DNA from: Roseburia hominis
GTDB lineage: Bacteria > Bacillota_I > Bacilli_A > RFN20 > CAG-826
DNA length: 64,000 bases
Reading direction: 5' to 3'
Assembly (NCBI GenBank): GCA_963642055.1
Contig: CAVIFQ010000008.1
Location: 14,805 to 78,804 of the forward strand
Every line of letters begins with the position of its first letter. Position 1 is the stretch's first letter. The notes under the pieces are model-generated. The model ran no database searches, was not told where the DNA came from, and worked only from the letters and a program-made list of their open reading frames with translations. Made by a program: the position numbers and the translations under genes. Positions 35,202-46,331 of this stretch are shown here, one piece after another.

Positions 35202-38200
35202 TTAAAAGAGCGTCATCTGGTTGCTTTCGCCTAATCCGTCAAGCGAGCCTAGTTTTCTTAAATCCTCGATATTTCTCTCGCTTAATTTCGTGCGGTCCTT
35301 TAGATCCTCAATCGAGATGAATTTGCCATCTTCTCTGGCTTTCACGACCGTCTCGGCTGCGTTTAAGCCAAGGTTATCGAGAACCATGAAAGGTGGGATG
35401 AGGGATTTATTTTTCTCATCGACCACGAAATCCTGGGCATCGCTCTTATATAGGTCGATATTACTGAAACGATATCCTCTTTCTAGCATCTCGCTTGCGA
35501 CTATAAGCGTTTTGAGGATTTCCGCTTCTTTTGGCGAGAAGGCTTTCTTATCCTGTGATTTAAGTTGGAGATTCGCGATTTCCTTATATACCGCCTTCTT
35601 GCCAGCTTTCATGGTGGCGATATCCCATTTATCGCAGCGAACCGAGAAATAGATGGCGTAAAAATGGAGCGGCATATAAAGCTTATACCAAGCCATTCTG
35701 ACAGCCCCCATGACGTAAGCCGTAGCGTGAGCGCGAGGGAAAAGATACTGGATCTTCCGGCACGATTCGATATACCAATCCGGTACCCCATGTTTCTTCA
35801 TCTCGGGTACATACACCGCTTCTTTCTTCTTGAACTTGCCATGCCCGTGTCTCACATCTTCCATGATTTGGAAGGATAAGGAGGAATCAACGCCCATCGA
35901 GATAAGGTAGTTCATAATATCGTCACGGCATCCGATGACTCCGTCCAAACTCGCGGTCTTGCTCGTGATGATATCTTCGGCGTTGTTGTTCCAGACATCG
36001 GTACCGTGGCTTAAGCCCGAAATAATCAATAAGTCGTTGAAAGAATGCGGCAAGGCCTTAGAAAGCAATCCTTGCACGAAGTTGGTGCCAAATTCTGGAA
36101 GAGCCACCGCCCCTGTAGCGAATTTAAGCGGGTTATCCGCCATATTGAGTTCTTTGGGAGAAGAGAATAAGGAAAGGACTTTCGGATCATCCATCGGTAT
36201 TTTCTTGAAGTCGTATTTGGTGAGCAAACTTAGTTTACGTAAAGCGAGTGGGTCAACGTGCCCCAGCAAATCGAGCTTAAGGACCTCATCGTGCATGGAA
36301 GCAAAGTCATAATGGGTGGTGAGCCAGTCACTCGTCAAATCATCGGCCGGGTGCTGATACGGAGTGAAATCGAAAACATCCATATCCTTCGGGATAACGA
36401 CGATGCCGCCAGGATGTTGCCCGGTCGTGCGCTTGACGCCTTGGCATTTGCTCGCGATTTTCGCAATCTGCGGGGTCGGGACAGTATTGGGGTCAATGCC
36501 CATCTTCTCGTAATATCCACGCACGAAACCGAAGGCGATCTTCTCAGCAACCGTTTCGATCGTCCCAGCGCGGTAGCAGTTATTCTCCCCTAATAAGGTA
36601 CGCGTATAGGCGTGGGCGCGCGATTGATAATCCGGTGGGAAGTTCAAATCGATATCCGGGACTTTCTCAGCCTTGAAGCCAAGGAAGGTCTGGAATGGGA
36701 TCGATTGTCCGTTCTTTTCCATGATAGTCCCACAATGTGGGCACTTCTTCTCAGGCAAATCAAAGCCGCTTCTGACGTTTTTGAATTTCAGGTCCTCGTT
36801 AGCCCACTCGAAATGTTTGCAGTTTGGGCAAAGATAGTGCGGAGAAAGCGGATTGACCTCGGTGATGTCAGCCATCGTGGCCGCGAAAGAGGAACCGACC
36901 GAGCCTCTAGAACCGACAAAATAGCCATCCTCATTGGCCTTTTTGATAATGCAGTGCGCGATATAGTAGGTGACCGAATAACCGTTTCCGATAATACCGT
37001 CAAGCTCATCATCAAGACGTTTTTTCACGGCTGGATCAGGGTTTTCGCCGTAGCGGAGCCGTAAGTTGGTGTAGCAGATTTCGCGTAGACGCTCGGCGCT
37101 ATCAGGAAGATTCGCGTTCGGAGGGAAAGTGCCCATCTTCACTGGCTGAAGCTCTCCCGTCAAAGAAGCGATCTTTCGCGTATTGTCGACGATAATCTCC
37201 TGGCATTTATCGAGCGGAAGCCACTTCGAGAAAGATTCGAGCATCTCGCTTGTGGAGCGGAAATGCTGGTCAGGGTTAGGGAAACGCGGGAGACGCGCCC
37301 TGAAAGGAGGGTTAAGAGGATGAGAACCATTGCCAATAGCCTTGGCCTCAATATAGACGTCACGGCAAATCTTATCCTCAGGATTCACGTAATGGACGTC
37401 GCCCGTCGCGCAGACTGGAATTCCTAACTCATCTGCGGCTTTAATAATGGTATTAAGCACCTCTAAAAGGCGCGATTCGCTGATATCGTGGGTATTGATG
37501 AGGTAGGAATAATTCTCTAAGGGTTGGATTTCGATGTAGTCATAGAAAGACATTATCTCTTTCAGCTTGTCATAAGGGTCATAAGTGGCGCTTCTAAAGA
37601 CTTCGCCATTGAAGCAAGCGCTCCCGAAAAGAAGATTTTTCCTTAATCTAGCAAGCTCCGATTTCGGGATTTTCGGAAGGTCGGCGAGATAGGTGGTATT
37701 GCTTAAAGAGACAAGCGCATAAAGGTCTTTGAGGCCTTGCTCGTTTTTCACAAGGGCAATCATATGCGTGGCGCGGATGTTCTTGTAGAAATTGGAGACC
37801 GTCTCCTTAACAAGATTATTGAGCTCATCCATGCTCGCTTGGCCTTTTTCAACTTTCTCTTTTAAGGGAGCGAAGCGGAAATAGTTCTCGTCGATGCGGA
37901 GGTTCGCGAGGTCTTTATGGAGCATGTCGCCTTTCGGATTGAGGATTGGGAGCATCACCGCCCAAGCGTTCCAAAGACTCTCGGCGTCAGCATCGGCGCG
38001 GTGAGCGGCATCTTCTTTATAATCCGGCAAACCTAAATTCTTATAGAGATCCTCAAGTTTATGGTATCTCCGATCAGGGAAAAGATAATGGGAGAGAGGC
38101 AAAGTATCGATAACAGGGTTAGTGAAAGGTTTTAAGCCCATGCGCTTTCTCGATTCATTGAGGAAGCCGATATCGAAAGAGGCGTTGTGGGAGACGAGAA

Positions 38201-39641
38201 TCGTGTCTTTGATGAATTCCTCGATTTGGGGCATCAGTTCCTCAATCGTCGGCTTATCCTTCACCATCTCATCGGTGATGTGCGTCTTATCGACGATCAC
38301 TTGCGGGATTTTCACCCCTGGGTTGATAAGCGAATCAAAACGTTTGGTGACAGTGCCATTCTCAATCAAAACGCCACCGAATTCGGTCATGCGGTCGAAC
38401 ATGCTCGATAAGCCGGTCGTTTCGGTATCGAATACGCAATATCTAGCGTTCGACAAAGAGATATCGGAAGGATTGAAAACGTAGGCTGGGAAAGGGTCGA
38501 ACATATAGAATTCGCACCCGTAGACCATATGTAAACCTGTCGCTTTCGCGGCCTTTTGGGCGTCAGGGAAGGCTTGGATGCAGCCATGGTCAGTGACAGC
38601 GATAGCCTCCATCCCCATATTTTTCGCGAGGGCGCAGTAATCGCTCATCTCTCCTAAACCATCCATCGTGCTCATCTTGGTGTGAAGATGGAGCTCGACG
38701 CGCTTCGTTTTGGCTTCATCCGTCCTTAAGGGTTTAGGAGGGAGTTTCTCTACCGCATCGATCGTCACCAGCTGCTCACCCGAGAATTTATCAGGGGCCA
38801 CGCGCCCTTTTATAAGAACGTAATCCCCGACTTTGATGCCTTGGATTTCCTCAGCCGATAGACCGTTTCCGTTCTCGAAAGCCTTCATGTCAATCGCGCT
38901 GTCATCATCGCCAATGCCGTAACTCCCCGTTAGTTTGCCCTTCCGGTTCAATTTGCTGTCGGCTTCGAAAATGACGCCTTTGAATTTGACGTTCACCATT
39001 TGGAGAGAATAAAGCTCTTTGATGGATTTGATTTCGAGGTAGTTGCCTTTTCTTGAATAACGTTCGCTTTTGATAGAGTTGATGTACTCTTTCTCGACGC
39101 GCCCGATTTCTTCTTGATAATTCTTTTCCTGCTCTATCTCGTAGGAGCTTTTGCTTTCCTCTTTTTCCTTCGCGTCCTCTTTTTTCTCGACCTCGATTTG
39201 CTTCTCTTCGTACTTATATAAAGCTGGGTAAGAGATGAAAGAAAGGAGCTCATTGAATTCCTTCAAAAGAGCGTTATTTTCCTTTTCGTTTCCATTATCG
39301 TAGGCTTTTGCGTAGATTTTCGTATCATCGCCCTCAAGCAAAGAGAAGGAGGAAACGCTGCGATAATGAGATAATTGCCACGAAGCGAAAAGCGAAGAAA
39401 TATCATCGATTTGCGGGGTTTTTTCATATTCGAAGCGGATTTCGTAGAGATAATGAATATTGTTGAGGCAAGCGATGAATTCCTCGAGCTTGTCGTATTC
39501 CCATGGGCTCTCTTTCTTGATGAGGAAATTCACCTTGTAACGGTTCCTCTCGTCTTTCTTGCAATAAGTAAAAGACAAGTCGTAGCTAGAAGGATCCGCG
39601 ACATGGATAGACTCTAGAAAACGAAGCATCCGCTGTTCCAT
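35202..39641 (-). CDS. polC: DNA polymerase III alpha subunit, PolC type
   Basis: About 1479 aa. PHP region VELHLHTKMSTMDG, internal DnaQ-like exonuclease YCVFDTETTGLS, and the Cys4 region CPNC...CPHCG. The MEQRML start lies just after the rseP stop. Confidence 0.95.
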   Translation of the reverse strand: MEQRMLRFLESIHVADPSSYDLSFTYCKKDERNRYKVNFLIKKESPWEYDKLEEFIACLNNIHYLYEIRFEYEKTPQIDDISSLFASWQLSHYRSVSSFSLLEGDDTKIYAKAYDNGNEKENNALLKEFNELLSFISYPALYKYEEKQIEVEKKEDAKEKEESKSSYEIEQEKNYQEEIGRVEKEYINSIKSERYSRKGNYLEIKSIKELYSLQMVNVKFKGVIFEADSKLNRKGKLTGSYGIGDDDSAIDMKAFENGNGLSAEEIQGIKVGDYVLIKGRVAPDKFSGEQLVTIDAVEKLPPKPLRTDEAKTKRVELHLHTKMSTMDGLGEMSDYCALAKNMGMEAIAVTDHGCIQAFPDAQKAAKATGLHMVYGCEFYMFDPFPAYVFNPSDISLSNARYCVFDTETTGLSSMFDRMTEFGGVLIENGTVTKRFDSLINPGVKIPQVIVDKTHITDEMVKDKPTIEELMPQIEEFIKDTILVSHNASFDIGFLNESRKRMGLKPFTNPVIDTLPLSHYLFPDRRYHKLEDLYKNLGLPDYKEDAAHRADADAESLWNAWAVMLPILNPKGDMLHKDLANLRIDENYFRFAPLKEKVEKGQASMDELNNLVKETVSNFYKNIRATHMIALVKNEQGLKDLYALVSLSNTTYLADLPKIPKSELARLRKNLLFGSACFNGEVFRSATYDPYDKLKEIMSFYDYIEIQPLENYSYLINTHDISESRLLEVLNTIIKAADELGIPVCATGDVHYVNPEDKICRDVYIEAKAIGNGSHPLNPPFRARLPRFPNPDQHFRSTSEMLESFSKWLPLDKCQEIIVDNTRKIASLTGELQPVKMGTFPPNANLPDSAERLREICYTNLRLRYGENPDPAVKKRLDDELDGIIGNGYSVTYYIAHCIIKKANEDGYFVGSRGSVGSSFAATMADITEVNPLSPHYLCPNCKHFEWANEDLKFKNVRSGFDLPEKKCPHCGTIMEKNGQSIPFQTFLGFKAEKVPDIDLNFPPDYQSRAHAYTRTLLGENNCYRAGTIETVAEKIAFGFVRGYYEKMGIDPNTVPTPQIAKIASKCQGVKRTTGQHPGGIVVIPKDMDVFDFTPYQHPADDLTSDWLTTHYDFASMHDEVLKLDLLGHVDPLALRKLSLLTKYDFKKIPMDDPKVLSLFSSPKELNMADNPLKFATGAVALPEFGTNFVQGLLSKALPHSFNDLLIISGLSHGTDVWNNNAEDIITSKTASLDGVIGCRDDIMNYLISMGVDSSLSFQIMEDVRHGHGKFKKKEAVYVPEMKKHGVPDWYIESCRKIQYLFPRAHATAYVMGAVRMAWYKLYMPLHFYAIYFSVRCDKWDIATMKAGKKAVYKEIANLQLKSQDKKAFSPKEAEILKTLIVASEMLERGYRFSNIDLYKSDAQDFVVDEKNKSLIPPFMVLDNLGLNAAETVVKAREDGKFISIEDLKDRTKLSERNIEDLRKLGSLDGLGESNQMTLF

Positions 39642-39645
39642 ATCT

Positions 39646-41049
39646 TCACACCAAAAATTGGAGAATGTCCTTGATCGTGATGAAAACGGCAAGAAGCATA
39701 AGGAGGCCTAAACCCACCAAGGAAGCGATGCTCTTGGCTTTCTGCGGCATCTTCTTCTTGAAGCCCTTCTCCACGATGGTGACTAGTAACCCCCACCCAT
39801 CAAGCCCAGGGAAAGGCAAAAGATTGAAGATAGCGAGGTTAAGCGAAATGAGGCCGCCATAATAGAAGAAGGTCTTTCCCCAGCCCATGTAGCTTGATAA
39901 CTGCGATAAGCCAGCACCCATCGCGACGATTCCGCCGATATTATTGATATTGCCCATGAAGATGCTCTTGATAGCTTCCCCGATAAGCGGGAAGAAATTC
40001 ACCCAATCCAGACATCCGACAAGGAGTCTCTTCCCGAAAGGCAGCCAGTACTCATTGCTGTAAGTAGTCAAAGAGGGTCCGCTCCAGCTAGAAGAAGAAT
40101 AAGTGGCCTCGACTTTCTTTTGAAAGCGCGTAGCCACGATTTGCCCTTCATTATTCATATCGGCGAGCGTAATACTCATCTTAAGGATGTCGCCATCGGA
40201 TAGAGTTATTTTCCCGCTCGCAAAATCCGGGTAATAGTTGACTCCTAATTGTTTCTCAATCGATTCGTCATCGACCGGATCGCTTCTAGTATATACAGAC
40301 AAACAGGAATAGAAGTTGTTTCCGCTTCTTTCATTCGCCGGGTAATAAAGGACAACGGCGCTCTTATCGCCACTTTTCGTGCTCAAGATAGCTTCCGAAT
40401 CGATGACAAAGCCGTATTCGGTCTGTTTTTCGGATATCGCAAGCCCAACGGAAAGAAGTCTATATTCATCTTGCTTATCTTTTTCGCCGAGAGTTTCTTC
40501 ATCGCCCTCGATATAGAAGCCATACACCCAGGGATGGCCTGAATTGACGCCCACGCGGAAAGTGCCACCAGTATAAGGGGAAGCCACATAAGAGGTTGTA
40601 GCTTCGCTTGCGATATCGACCGCGGAAAGCGATTGATAGCTTTGGTAATTCGGGAACGAGATGGCGTAAATCAAACAGAAAAGGAAAGAAAGAACGAGGT
40701 TTACGGTGATGCCGGCCACCAAAATGAGGCACTTTTTCCAAGCGGCGATACCCTCTAGACTCCGCTCCGGCGGGATATTGGCGAACTTGTTGTCTTCCTC
40801 ATCGTCTTTGTCGTCATTGATCCCTTCTCCGTACATCGAGACGTAGCCGCCAAGTGGGATCGCGCGGATCGAGAAAGTGGTCTCGCCACCTTTCTTTTTG
40901 TGCGAGAAAAGCTTTGGACCGAAGCCGATGGAATACTCATCGCAGTAGACCCCAAAGCGCTTGGCCATGAATAAGTGGCCGGCTTCGTGGGTGCTGATGA
41001 GGATACCGAGCATCACTAGAAGGATTATGATCGTTACGAATATATGCAT
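39646..41049 (-). CDS. rseP: RIP (site-2) zinc metalloprotease RseP/RasP
   Basis: HEAGH motif in TM1 and the C-terminal [10 protein letters not shown] motif. Confidence 0.85.
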   Translation of the reverse strand: MHIFVTIIILLVMLGILISTHEAGHLFMAKRFGVYCDEYSIGFGPKLFSHKKKGGETTFSIRAIPLGGYVSMYGEGINDDKDDEEDNKFANIPPERSLEGIAAWKKCLILVAGITVNLVLSFLFCLIYAISFPNYQSYQSLSAVDIASEATTSYVASPYTGGTFRVGVNSGHPWVYGFYIEGDEETLGEKDKQDEYRLLSVGLAISEKQTEYGFVIDSEAILSTKSGDKSAVVLYYPANERSGNNFYSCLSVYTRSDPVDDESIEKQLGVNYYPDFASGKITLSDGDILKMSITLADMNNEGQIVATRFQKKVEATYSSSSWSGPSLTTYSNEYWLPFGKRLLVGCLDWVNFFPLIGEAIKSIFMGNINNIGGIVAMGAGLSQLSSYMGWGKTFFYYGGLISLNLAIFNLLPFPGLDGWGLLVTIVEKGFKKKMPQKAKSIASLVGLGLLMLLAVFITIKDILQFLV

Positions 41050-41053
41050 CTAT

Positions 41054-42205
41054 TTATTCTCCGGAATATAAACGAAGCTTCTCGCGCGTTTGTTTGTCGG
41101 CGATAAGAATATCACGAAGGCTACTCTCTTGCTTCTCTTTGGTTAAGGAAAGCATCTCTTCAACTTTCTCTTCAATCGAAGCGAAAGGCAGTTTTCCTTC
41201 TAAGAACAAGTAATCGCATTCTTCCACCGCCGCATTCAAGACCGCGCGGTGAAGTCTACCCGCTTTATAGGCATCGATGGCGATTTTCACCGCTGGGTAA
41301 CGCTCGAAAGAGAATTCCCGGTAATGAAATGGGCCAAAATCCTCGAGATGATTGACATGGAGCACATCATCAAGCGGCACCTCTCCTTCGAATAAGGCGT
41401 AAGCAATAGGCCCTCGCATATCTGGCTTATTCACTTCGCCAACGTAACTGCCGTCTTTTAGTAGGAGGGCGCTATGAAGATGGCTTTCAAGATGAATGAG
41501 CGGAGATATCCTCTCGATGGGGAAAGAGAAGAGGACGCTCGCTTCGATTATCTCAAAGCCCTTATTGAACATCGTATCGCTGTCGATGGTGATTTTGTTT
41601 CCCATTGACCAGGTTGGGTGATTAAGAGCATCAGCGACCGTTACCTTGCTTAAGCGCGCTCTATCATAATCACGGAAAGCGCCCCCGCTTGCGGTAATCA
41701 AAATCTTATCGACATCTTCCCTATCGACCGTCTTCAAGCATTTGGCGATGGCCACATGCTCTGAATCGATTGGGTAGAGCTTGCCATGGTTTTTCGCTAA
41801 AAGTCTATTGATGAAATCCCCGCCAACCACGAGCGATTCCTTGTTCGCTAAACAGAGGATTTTGTTTAACTCCAAGGAACGGATAGAAGGAAGAAGCCCC
41901 GCAAAACCAACCAAGGCATTCACCACCATCGAGGCATCGCAATCTTCAAGTAGATGTAGCAATCCTTCATCACCCTGATAAAAAACAATCGAGGGGTATT
42001 CTTCTTTTAACGAGAGACAATCTTCCTCTTTCTGCACGCACACATGCTTAATGGAAGGGTATTTTTCTAATAAGCCCGGGATAATATTGACTCTTTTGCC
42101 CACCGAGATGGCAGTCAATAAGAATCTGTCTTCGTTACGCGATAAAACATCAAGGGTCTGCGAGCCGATATTCCCGCTCGCCCCCAGCAAGCACACTTTC
42201 CTCAT
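41054..42205 (-). CDS. dxr: 1-deoxy-D-xylulose-5-phosphate reductoisomerase
   Basis: LLGASGNIGSQTLDV NADPH-binding motif, plus IDSEH and NKGFE motifs. Confidence 0.9.
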   Translation of the reverse strand: MRKVCLLGASGNIGSQTLDVLSRNEDRFLLTAISVGKRVNIIPGLLEKYPSIKHVCVQKEEDCLSLKEEYPSIVFYQGDEGLLHLLEDCDASMVVNALVGFAGLLPSIRSLELNKILCLANKESLVVGGDFINRLLAKNHGKLYPIDSEHVAIAKCLKTVDREDVDKILITASGGAFRDYDRARLSKVTVADALNHPTWSMGNKITIDSDTMFNKGFEIIEASVLFSFPIERISPLIHLESHLHSALLLKDGSYVGEVNKPDMRGPIAYALFEGEVPLDDVLHVNHLEDFGPFHYREFSFERYPAVKIAIDAYKAGRLHRAVLNAAVEECDYLFLEGKLPFASIEEKVEEMLSLTKEKQESSLRDILIADKQTREKLRLYSGE

Positions 42206-43269
42206 AAAGCGAAGTTCCAGCTATTGGTGATGAAAATAAGAATAACGCTCATCGCAATCGCACTGAAAAGGTTGCTGTCGATGCGGTCAACGACGCCCCC
42301 ATGCCCTGGAAAGAGCTTGCCAAAGTCTTTCACCCCGTAATGGCGTTTCACCATGCTGAAGGATAAATCGCCCAAAACGCCGGCTAAAGTGCCAACCACA
42401 GATAAAAGAAGAATCCAGTACCAATTGGACACGGTCAAAGTCGGAAGCATTGGGAAACCAGTCGCGGCCAAAATCATCGAGAAAGCGAAAGAGACCGCCG
42501 TCCCGCCGATGATCCCGAAGAAGAAACCTTCCCAAGTCTTATTTGGGGAGATGCGCGGATTCATCTTGTGCTTCCCGAAGAAGACGCCACCAAAATAAGC
42601 AAACACATCGCTCAAAGTGGCAGTGATGAGCATATTGAAGATAAGAGCCACGCTCCAGAAATAGTTGAACTGCCATAAAGATGGAAGATCGACACCGGTC
42701 CTGTTATTGACCCAGATTAAGGAGGAATAGGCGCTATTATGGCTATAGAGATAAAACGGGTAATAACGGAGAAAGAAGAAGCACTGGAAGCCTAATCCAA
42801 GGAGAAGCGTGAAGAAGATGAAATAGGTAACATCGGCAAAATCGAATTTCTCGCTCACGACAGCGCAAAAGCAGTAAAACCCAATCGCCACGGCCACCGA
42901 AATCGGGGAAATGACGATGCCTGAATAATAGTTCTCCAAAGAGAAGACAAAGGCAGCGCCGGTTTCTTTAGAGATTTGATACTGCAGAATATTCGCTTTG
43001 ACGACGAACCAGTAAACGTAACTATAAACCACCAAGTAAGTGAAAACCCAGATCCACCATGGATATTTCTTCCTGGTCGAGGCAATCATTTCGTAGACCG
43101 CAAAAGCTAGGAAAATGGCGAGCAAAAAGAAAAAGACCCACCCCCCAAGGAAAATGGCCGGGATAAGGGTCACAAGCATCCCAAAAGCGACGATGATGCG
43201 CGTCTTCATTGACGTCTTCGTCTTCTCCGAAAGCTGATTCACTTCCAAATGCGGCAACTCGTTATTCAT
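42202..43269 (-). CDS. cdsA: phosphatidate cytidylyltransferase (long N-terminal extension)
   Basis: C-terminal GDLSFSMVKRHYGVKDFGKLFPGHGGVVDRIDS signature. Confidence 0.88.
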   Translation of the reverse strand: MNNELPHLEVNQLSEKTKTSMKTRIIVAFGMLVTLIPAIFLGGWVFFFLLAIFLAFAVYEMIASTRKKYPWWIWVFTYLVVYSYVYWFVVKANILQYQISKETGAAFVFSLENYYSGIVISPISVAVAIGFYCFCAVVSEKFDFADVTYFIFFTLLLGLGFQCFFFLRYYPFYLYSHNSAYSSLIWVNNRTGVDLPSLWQFNYFWSVALIFNMLITATLSDVFAYFGGVFFGKHKMNPRISPNKTWEGFFFGIIGGTAVSFAFSMILAATGFPMLPTLTVSNWYWILLLSVVGTLAGVLGDLSFSMVKRHYGVKDFGKLFPGHGGVVDRIDSNLFSAIAMSVILIFITNSWNFAL

Positions 43270-43990
43270 TCTTCAAACCCCCAAAACGTCTATTCCTATC
43301 GCAATACTCCTTTAAGCAATCAATAAAAGCCTCACGTTTGAAATCAGGCCATTTGACTTTGGTGAAAACGAACTCGCTGTAGGCGCATTCGTAAAGCATA
43401 TAGTTCGATAACCGCTCTTCGCCCGATGTGCGAATGAGCAAATCCACATCCGGCAAAAGCGGATTCCAAAGGTAATTCTTGAAAGTGGATTCGTTAATAT
43501 CCCCAAGCGAGATTTTGCCTTCTTTATAGTCAGCGGCGATTTTCTTGCTGGCACGAACAATCTCATCTCTCCCTCCATAATTGAGGCAGATGTTGATAAA
43601 CCACTTATCGTTGTTTTTGGTGCGGTCGATCGCGTTTTGGCAAATGATTCTCGTTTGTTCCCTGATTCTTCCCAAATCGCCAGATACCACAATCCTGGTT
43701 CCGACTGAGTCGAGATAATCGATTTCTTTCTTGAAGAACTCCTCAAGGTAATCCATAAGATGGTCAATCTCATCTTGCGGGCGGTTCCAATTCTCCGTGC
43801 TAAAAGCGTAAAAGCTCATGTAGCGGATATTGTATTCCCTGCAATACTCGAAAAGCTCGATGATGCGCTTGCAGGCTTCTTTGTGGCCTAGGTAACGCGG
43901 AAGTCCCCTCGCTTTGGCCCATCTTCCGTTCCCGTCCATGATAAAGGCGATGTGGTCGAGTTTCTTAGAAAGAAGGAAAGAAGAATTCAT
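43262..43990 (-). CDS. uppS: isoprenyl transferase (undecaprenyl diphosphate synthase)
   Basis: HIAFIMDGNGRWA and FSTENWNRP motifs. Confidence 0.92.
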   Translation of the reverse strand: MNSSFLLSKKLDHIAFIMDGNGRWAKARGLPRYLGHKEACKRIIELFEYCREYNIRYMSFYAFSTENWNRPQDEIDHLMDYLEEFFKKEIDYLDSVGTRIVVSGDLGRIREQTRIICQNAIDRTKNNDKWFINICLNYGGRDEIVRASKKIAADYKEGKISLGDINESTFKNYLWNPLLPDVDLLIRTSGEERLSNYMLYECAYSEFVFTKVKWPDFKREAFIDCLKEYCDRNRRFGGLKNE

Positions 43991-44085
43991 GGCAATGATT
44001 ATATATCATTGAATACTGCTAAAAAAGATAGCGCTTATATCCTCTTATCAAGCCTATTTTTCAGACAATCTGGCATCCAAAAATC

Positions 44086-44108
44086 AAAAAAAGCCTCAAT
44101 TTGAGGCT
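44086..44108 (-). terminator. terminator after frr
   Basis: On the minus strand: AGCCTCA-aat-TGAGGCT followed by a T-run. Confidence 0.6.
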
Positions 44109-44126
44109 AGTTTTGCAGGGATTTTC

Positions 44127-44672
44127 TTAAATCGAGAGGATTTCTTTCTGTTTCTCGGCAAGAAGCTCTTCGATTTTTTTGTTGGCCGCATCCACTTCTT
44201 TTTGGATGTCGTCCTCGACGCGGTCTTTGTAATCATCGCTCATCGAATCATCCTCTTTGATGAGGTCAAGGAAGTCGCGGCGGATGTTGCGGATGCTGAC
44301 TTTCGCTTCTTCCGAAAGCCCTTTTGCTTCTTTCGCGATTTGCTTACGGGTATCTTCGGTTAGAGGCGGAATCACTAGACGGATGGCGTCAGCTTCCACT
44401 TGCGGGTTGATGCCGAGGTTGGCGCTTGCGATCGCCGCAGCGATTGGCTTTAAGTCATCACGCGAATACGGCTTCACGAGAAGCTGTCTGGGCTCAGGCA
44501 TCGAAACGCTTGATAAGGAAGTGATTTCCATTTTGTCGCCATAATAATCGCACTTGATGCCATTTAAGATGGCGGGATTAGCCCTTCCGCTCCTTAATTT
44601 CGAGAAAGAGAAAAGCATGCTATTGATGGATTTCTCCATCTTGTCTTTGACTTCATTCACTATCGGATCCAT
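44127..44672 (-). CDS. frr: ribosome recycling factor
   Basis: Typical RRF sequence (RSGRANPAILNGIKCDYYG..., IRNIRRD). ATG at 44672 has an AAGGAG RBS. Confidence 0.92.
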   Translation of the reverse strand: MDPIVNEVKDKMEKSINSMLFSFSKLRSGRANPAILNGIKCDYYGDKMEITSLSSVSMPEPRQLLVKPYSRDDLKPIAAAIASANLGINPQVEADAIRLVIPPLTEDTRKQIAKEAKGLSEEAKVSIRNIRRDFLDLIKEDDSMSDDYKDRVEDDIQKEVDAANKKIEELLAEKQKEILSI

Positions 44673-44676
44673 ATAT

Positions 44677-45399
44677 TTACTCCTTGGCAATCGTCGTGCC
44701 TAAATTATCGCCTTTTACAACTTTGACAAGGTCATCGGCGCTATTCATGCCGAAGACCCTGATTTCGATATTCGTGTCCTCTAGCATCGTGGCGGCCGTC
44801 AAATCCATGACCGCGAGTTTCTTTTCGACAAGTTCATGGTATGAGAGATTCTTGATAAGCTTGGCGTTTGGATTCTTTCTTGGATCAGAATCGTAGACTC
44901 CCTCAACGCCGTTTTTGCCCATGAGGATGGCTTCCGCCCCGACTTCTCTTGCTCGCAAAGTCGCGGTTGTGTCGGTGGTGAAATAAGGGTTGCCGATGCC
45001 ACCAGCGAAGATAACGACTCTTCCTTCGCCTAGATGATGGATGGCTTTTCTGCGGATATAAGGCTCACAGACCTGCGGCACGTTGATGGAACTCATGACT
45101 CTGGTTTGAAGCCCAACTTCCTCAAAAGCGCTTTGGAGAGCCATGGCGTTGATGATGGTGCCAAGCATCCCCATATAATCGGCGGTTGAGCGCTCGATGC
45201 CGATTTTCTCAGCCAAGCGGCCACGCCAGATGTTGCCAGCGCCGACCACCACTCCGACTTCGACTCCGAGTCCTCTGACTTCCTTTATCGCCGTAGCAAC
45301 GCTCTCAAGCTGTTTCTTGTCGAGAATCGTTTCATCAGCGTGATCGGAGAGAGCTTCTCCGGATATCTTCACGATGATTCTTTTGTATTTTGTGTTCAT
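44677..45399 (-). CDS. pyrH: UMP kinase
   Basis: YKRIIVKISGEAL and VVGAGNIWRG motifs. Confidence 0.93.
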   Translation of the reverse strand: MNTKYKRIIVKISGEALSDHADETILDKKQLESVATAIKEVRGLGVEVGVVVGAGNIWRGRLAEKIGIERSTADYMGMLGTIINAMALQSAFEEVGLQTRVMSSINVPQVCEPYIRRKAIHHLGEGRVVIFAGGIGNPYFTTDTTATLRAREVGAEAILMGKNGVEGVYDSDPRKNPNAKLIKNLSYHELVEKKLAVMDLTAATMLEDTNIEIRVFGMNSADDLVKVVKGDNLGTTIAKE

Positions 45400-45440
45400 A
45401 GCGACTAATTATAGCAAGCACCACTTATAAAAGGGAAAGA

Positions 45441-45464
45441 AAACCGCCATTTCGGGCGGTTTTC
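45441..45464 (-). terminator. hairpin terminator after tsf
   Basis: AAAACCGCC-loop-GGCGGTTTT, symmetric and flanked by T/A runs. Confidence 0.6.
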
Positions 45465-45479
45465 CTAATTAACAATCGT

Positions 45480-46331
45480 TTATTCTTCGGAAGCGGTTTT
45501 CTCGATTCCTTCGCCGACTTGGTAACGGGTGAAGGAGATGACGGAGACGCCTTTTTCCTTGAGCCACTGACCGACGGTCTTGCTCTCGTCCATCAAGAAT
45601 GGCTGGAGGGCTAAGCAGCTCTTGGAGAGGACTTTGTCGACCTTCTTCTCGACGATCTGAGCCTTGACGGCATCAGGTTTGTTCGTGAGTTTCGGATCGT
45701 CTTTGACCTCTTGCTCAGCGATGGCTTTCTCGCGCGCTCTATCGGCGGCTGGAACATCGTTGAGGTCGATATAAACTGGGCTATTGGCGGCGATATGCAT
45801 CGCTAAGGGTTTCGCGATTTCAGGATCATCTTTGCTGATGATGGCAAGGACGGAGATTTTGCCAGCCATATGGATGTAGCTAGCGTACCCTTCTTCCGGC
45901 TTCTTGCTCGTGACGAGGAAGCGGCGGAGAGCGAGTTTTTCGCCAACGGCTAAGGCCGCATCATCGAAGTCGAGCTTCGTTAAGGCAATGGCTTCATCTA
46001 AGCTCGCCGGGTTATTCTCAAGGAGCTTATCGGTAACGGTATTGGTGAGGGCAATGAACTTGTCGCTAGAAGCAACAAAGTCGGTCTCGCAGTTGATTTC
46101 CACGATGACGCCTTTTCCGCATTTGGTGCAGACTTTGACGTTCGTGAGGCCTTCAGCGGCAGTGCGTCCAGCGCGTTTGGCTTGCTTGGCGATGCCTTTT
46201 TCGCGGAGATAATCAATCGATTTCTCGACGTCATATTCATTCGCTTCAAGGGCGCGCTTGCAATCCATCATGCCAGCGCCAGTGCGGTCGCGGAGGGTTT
46301 TGATGAGCTCAATAACGTTCTTGTCGGCCAT
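45480..46331 (-). CDS. tsf: elongation factor Ts
   Basis: LRDRTGAGMMDCKRAL UBA-like N-terminus. The start overlaps the rpsB stop (TAATG). Confidence 0.93.
   Translation of the reverse strand: MADKNVIELIKTLRDRTGAGMMDCKRALEANEYDVEKSIDYLREKGIAKQAKRAGRTAAEGLTNVKVCTKCGKGVIVEINCETDFVASSDKFIALTNTVTDKLLENNPASLDEAIALTKLDFDDAALAVGEKLALRRFLVTSKKPEEGYASYIHMAGKISVLAIISKDDPEIAKPLAMHIAANSPVYIDLNDVPAADRAREKAIAEQEVKDDPKLTNKPDAVKAQIVEKKVDKVLSKSCLALQPFLMDESKTVGQWLKEKGVSVISFTRYQVGEGIEKTASEE

Noticed and set aside
35221-39617. Numerous 60-150-aa ORFs antisense to or out of frame with polC. The same pattern is seen within rpsB/tsf (46182-47480), the opp genes, topA and others.
   Set aside because: They are nested in long ORFs that carry unmistakable conserved motifs on the other strand or frame. 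The relatively GC-rich rpsB/tsf region naturally yields long antisense ORFs.
39642-39650. Absence of proS between rseP and polC as a sign of rearrangement or assembly error.
   Set aside because: The rseP stop and the polC start are only a few nucleotides apart with intact reading frames. This looks like genuine lineage-specific gene order rather than an artefact.
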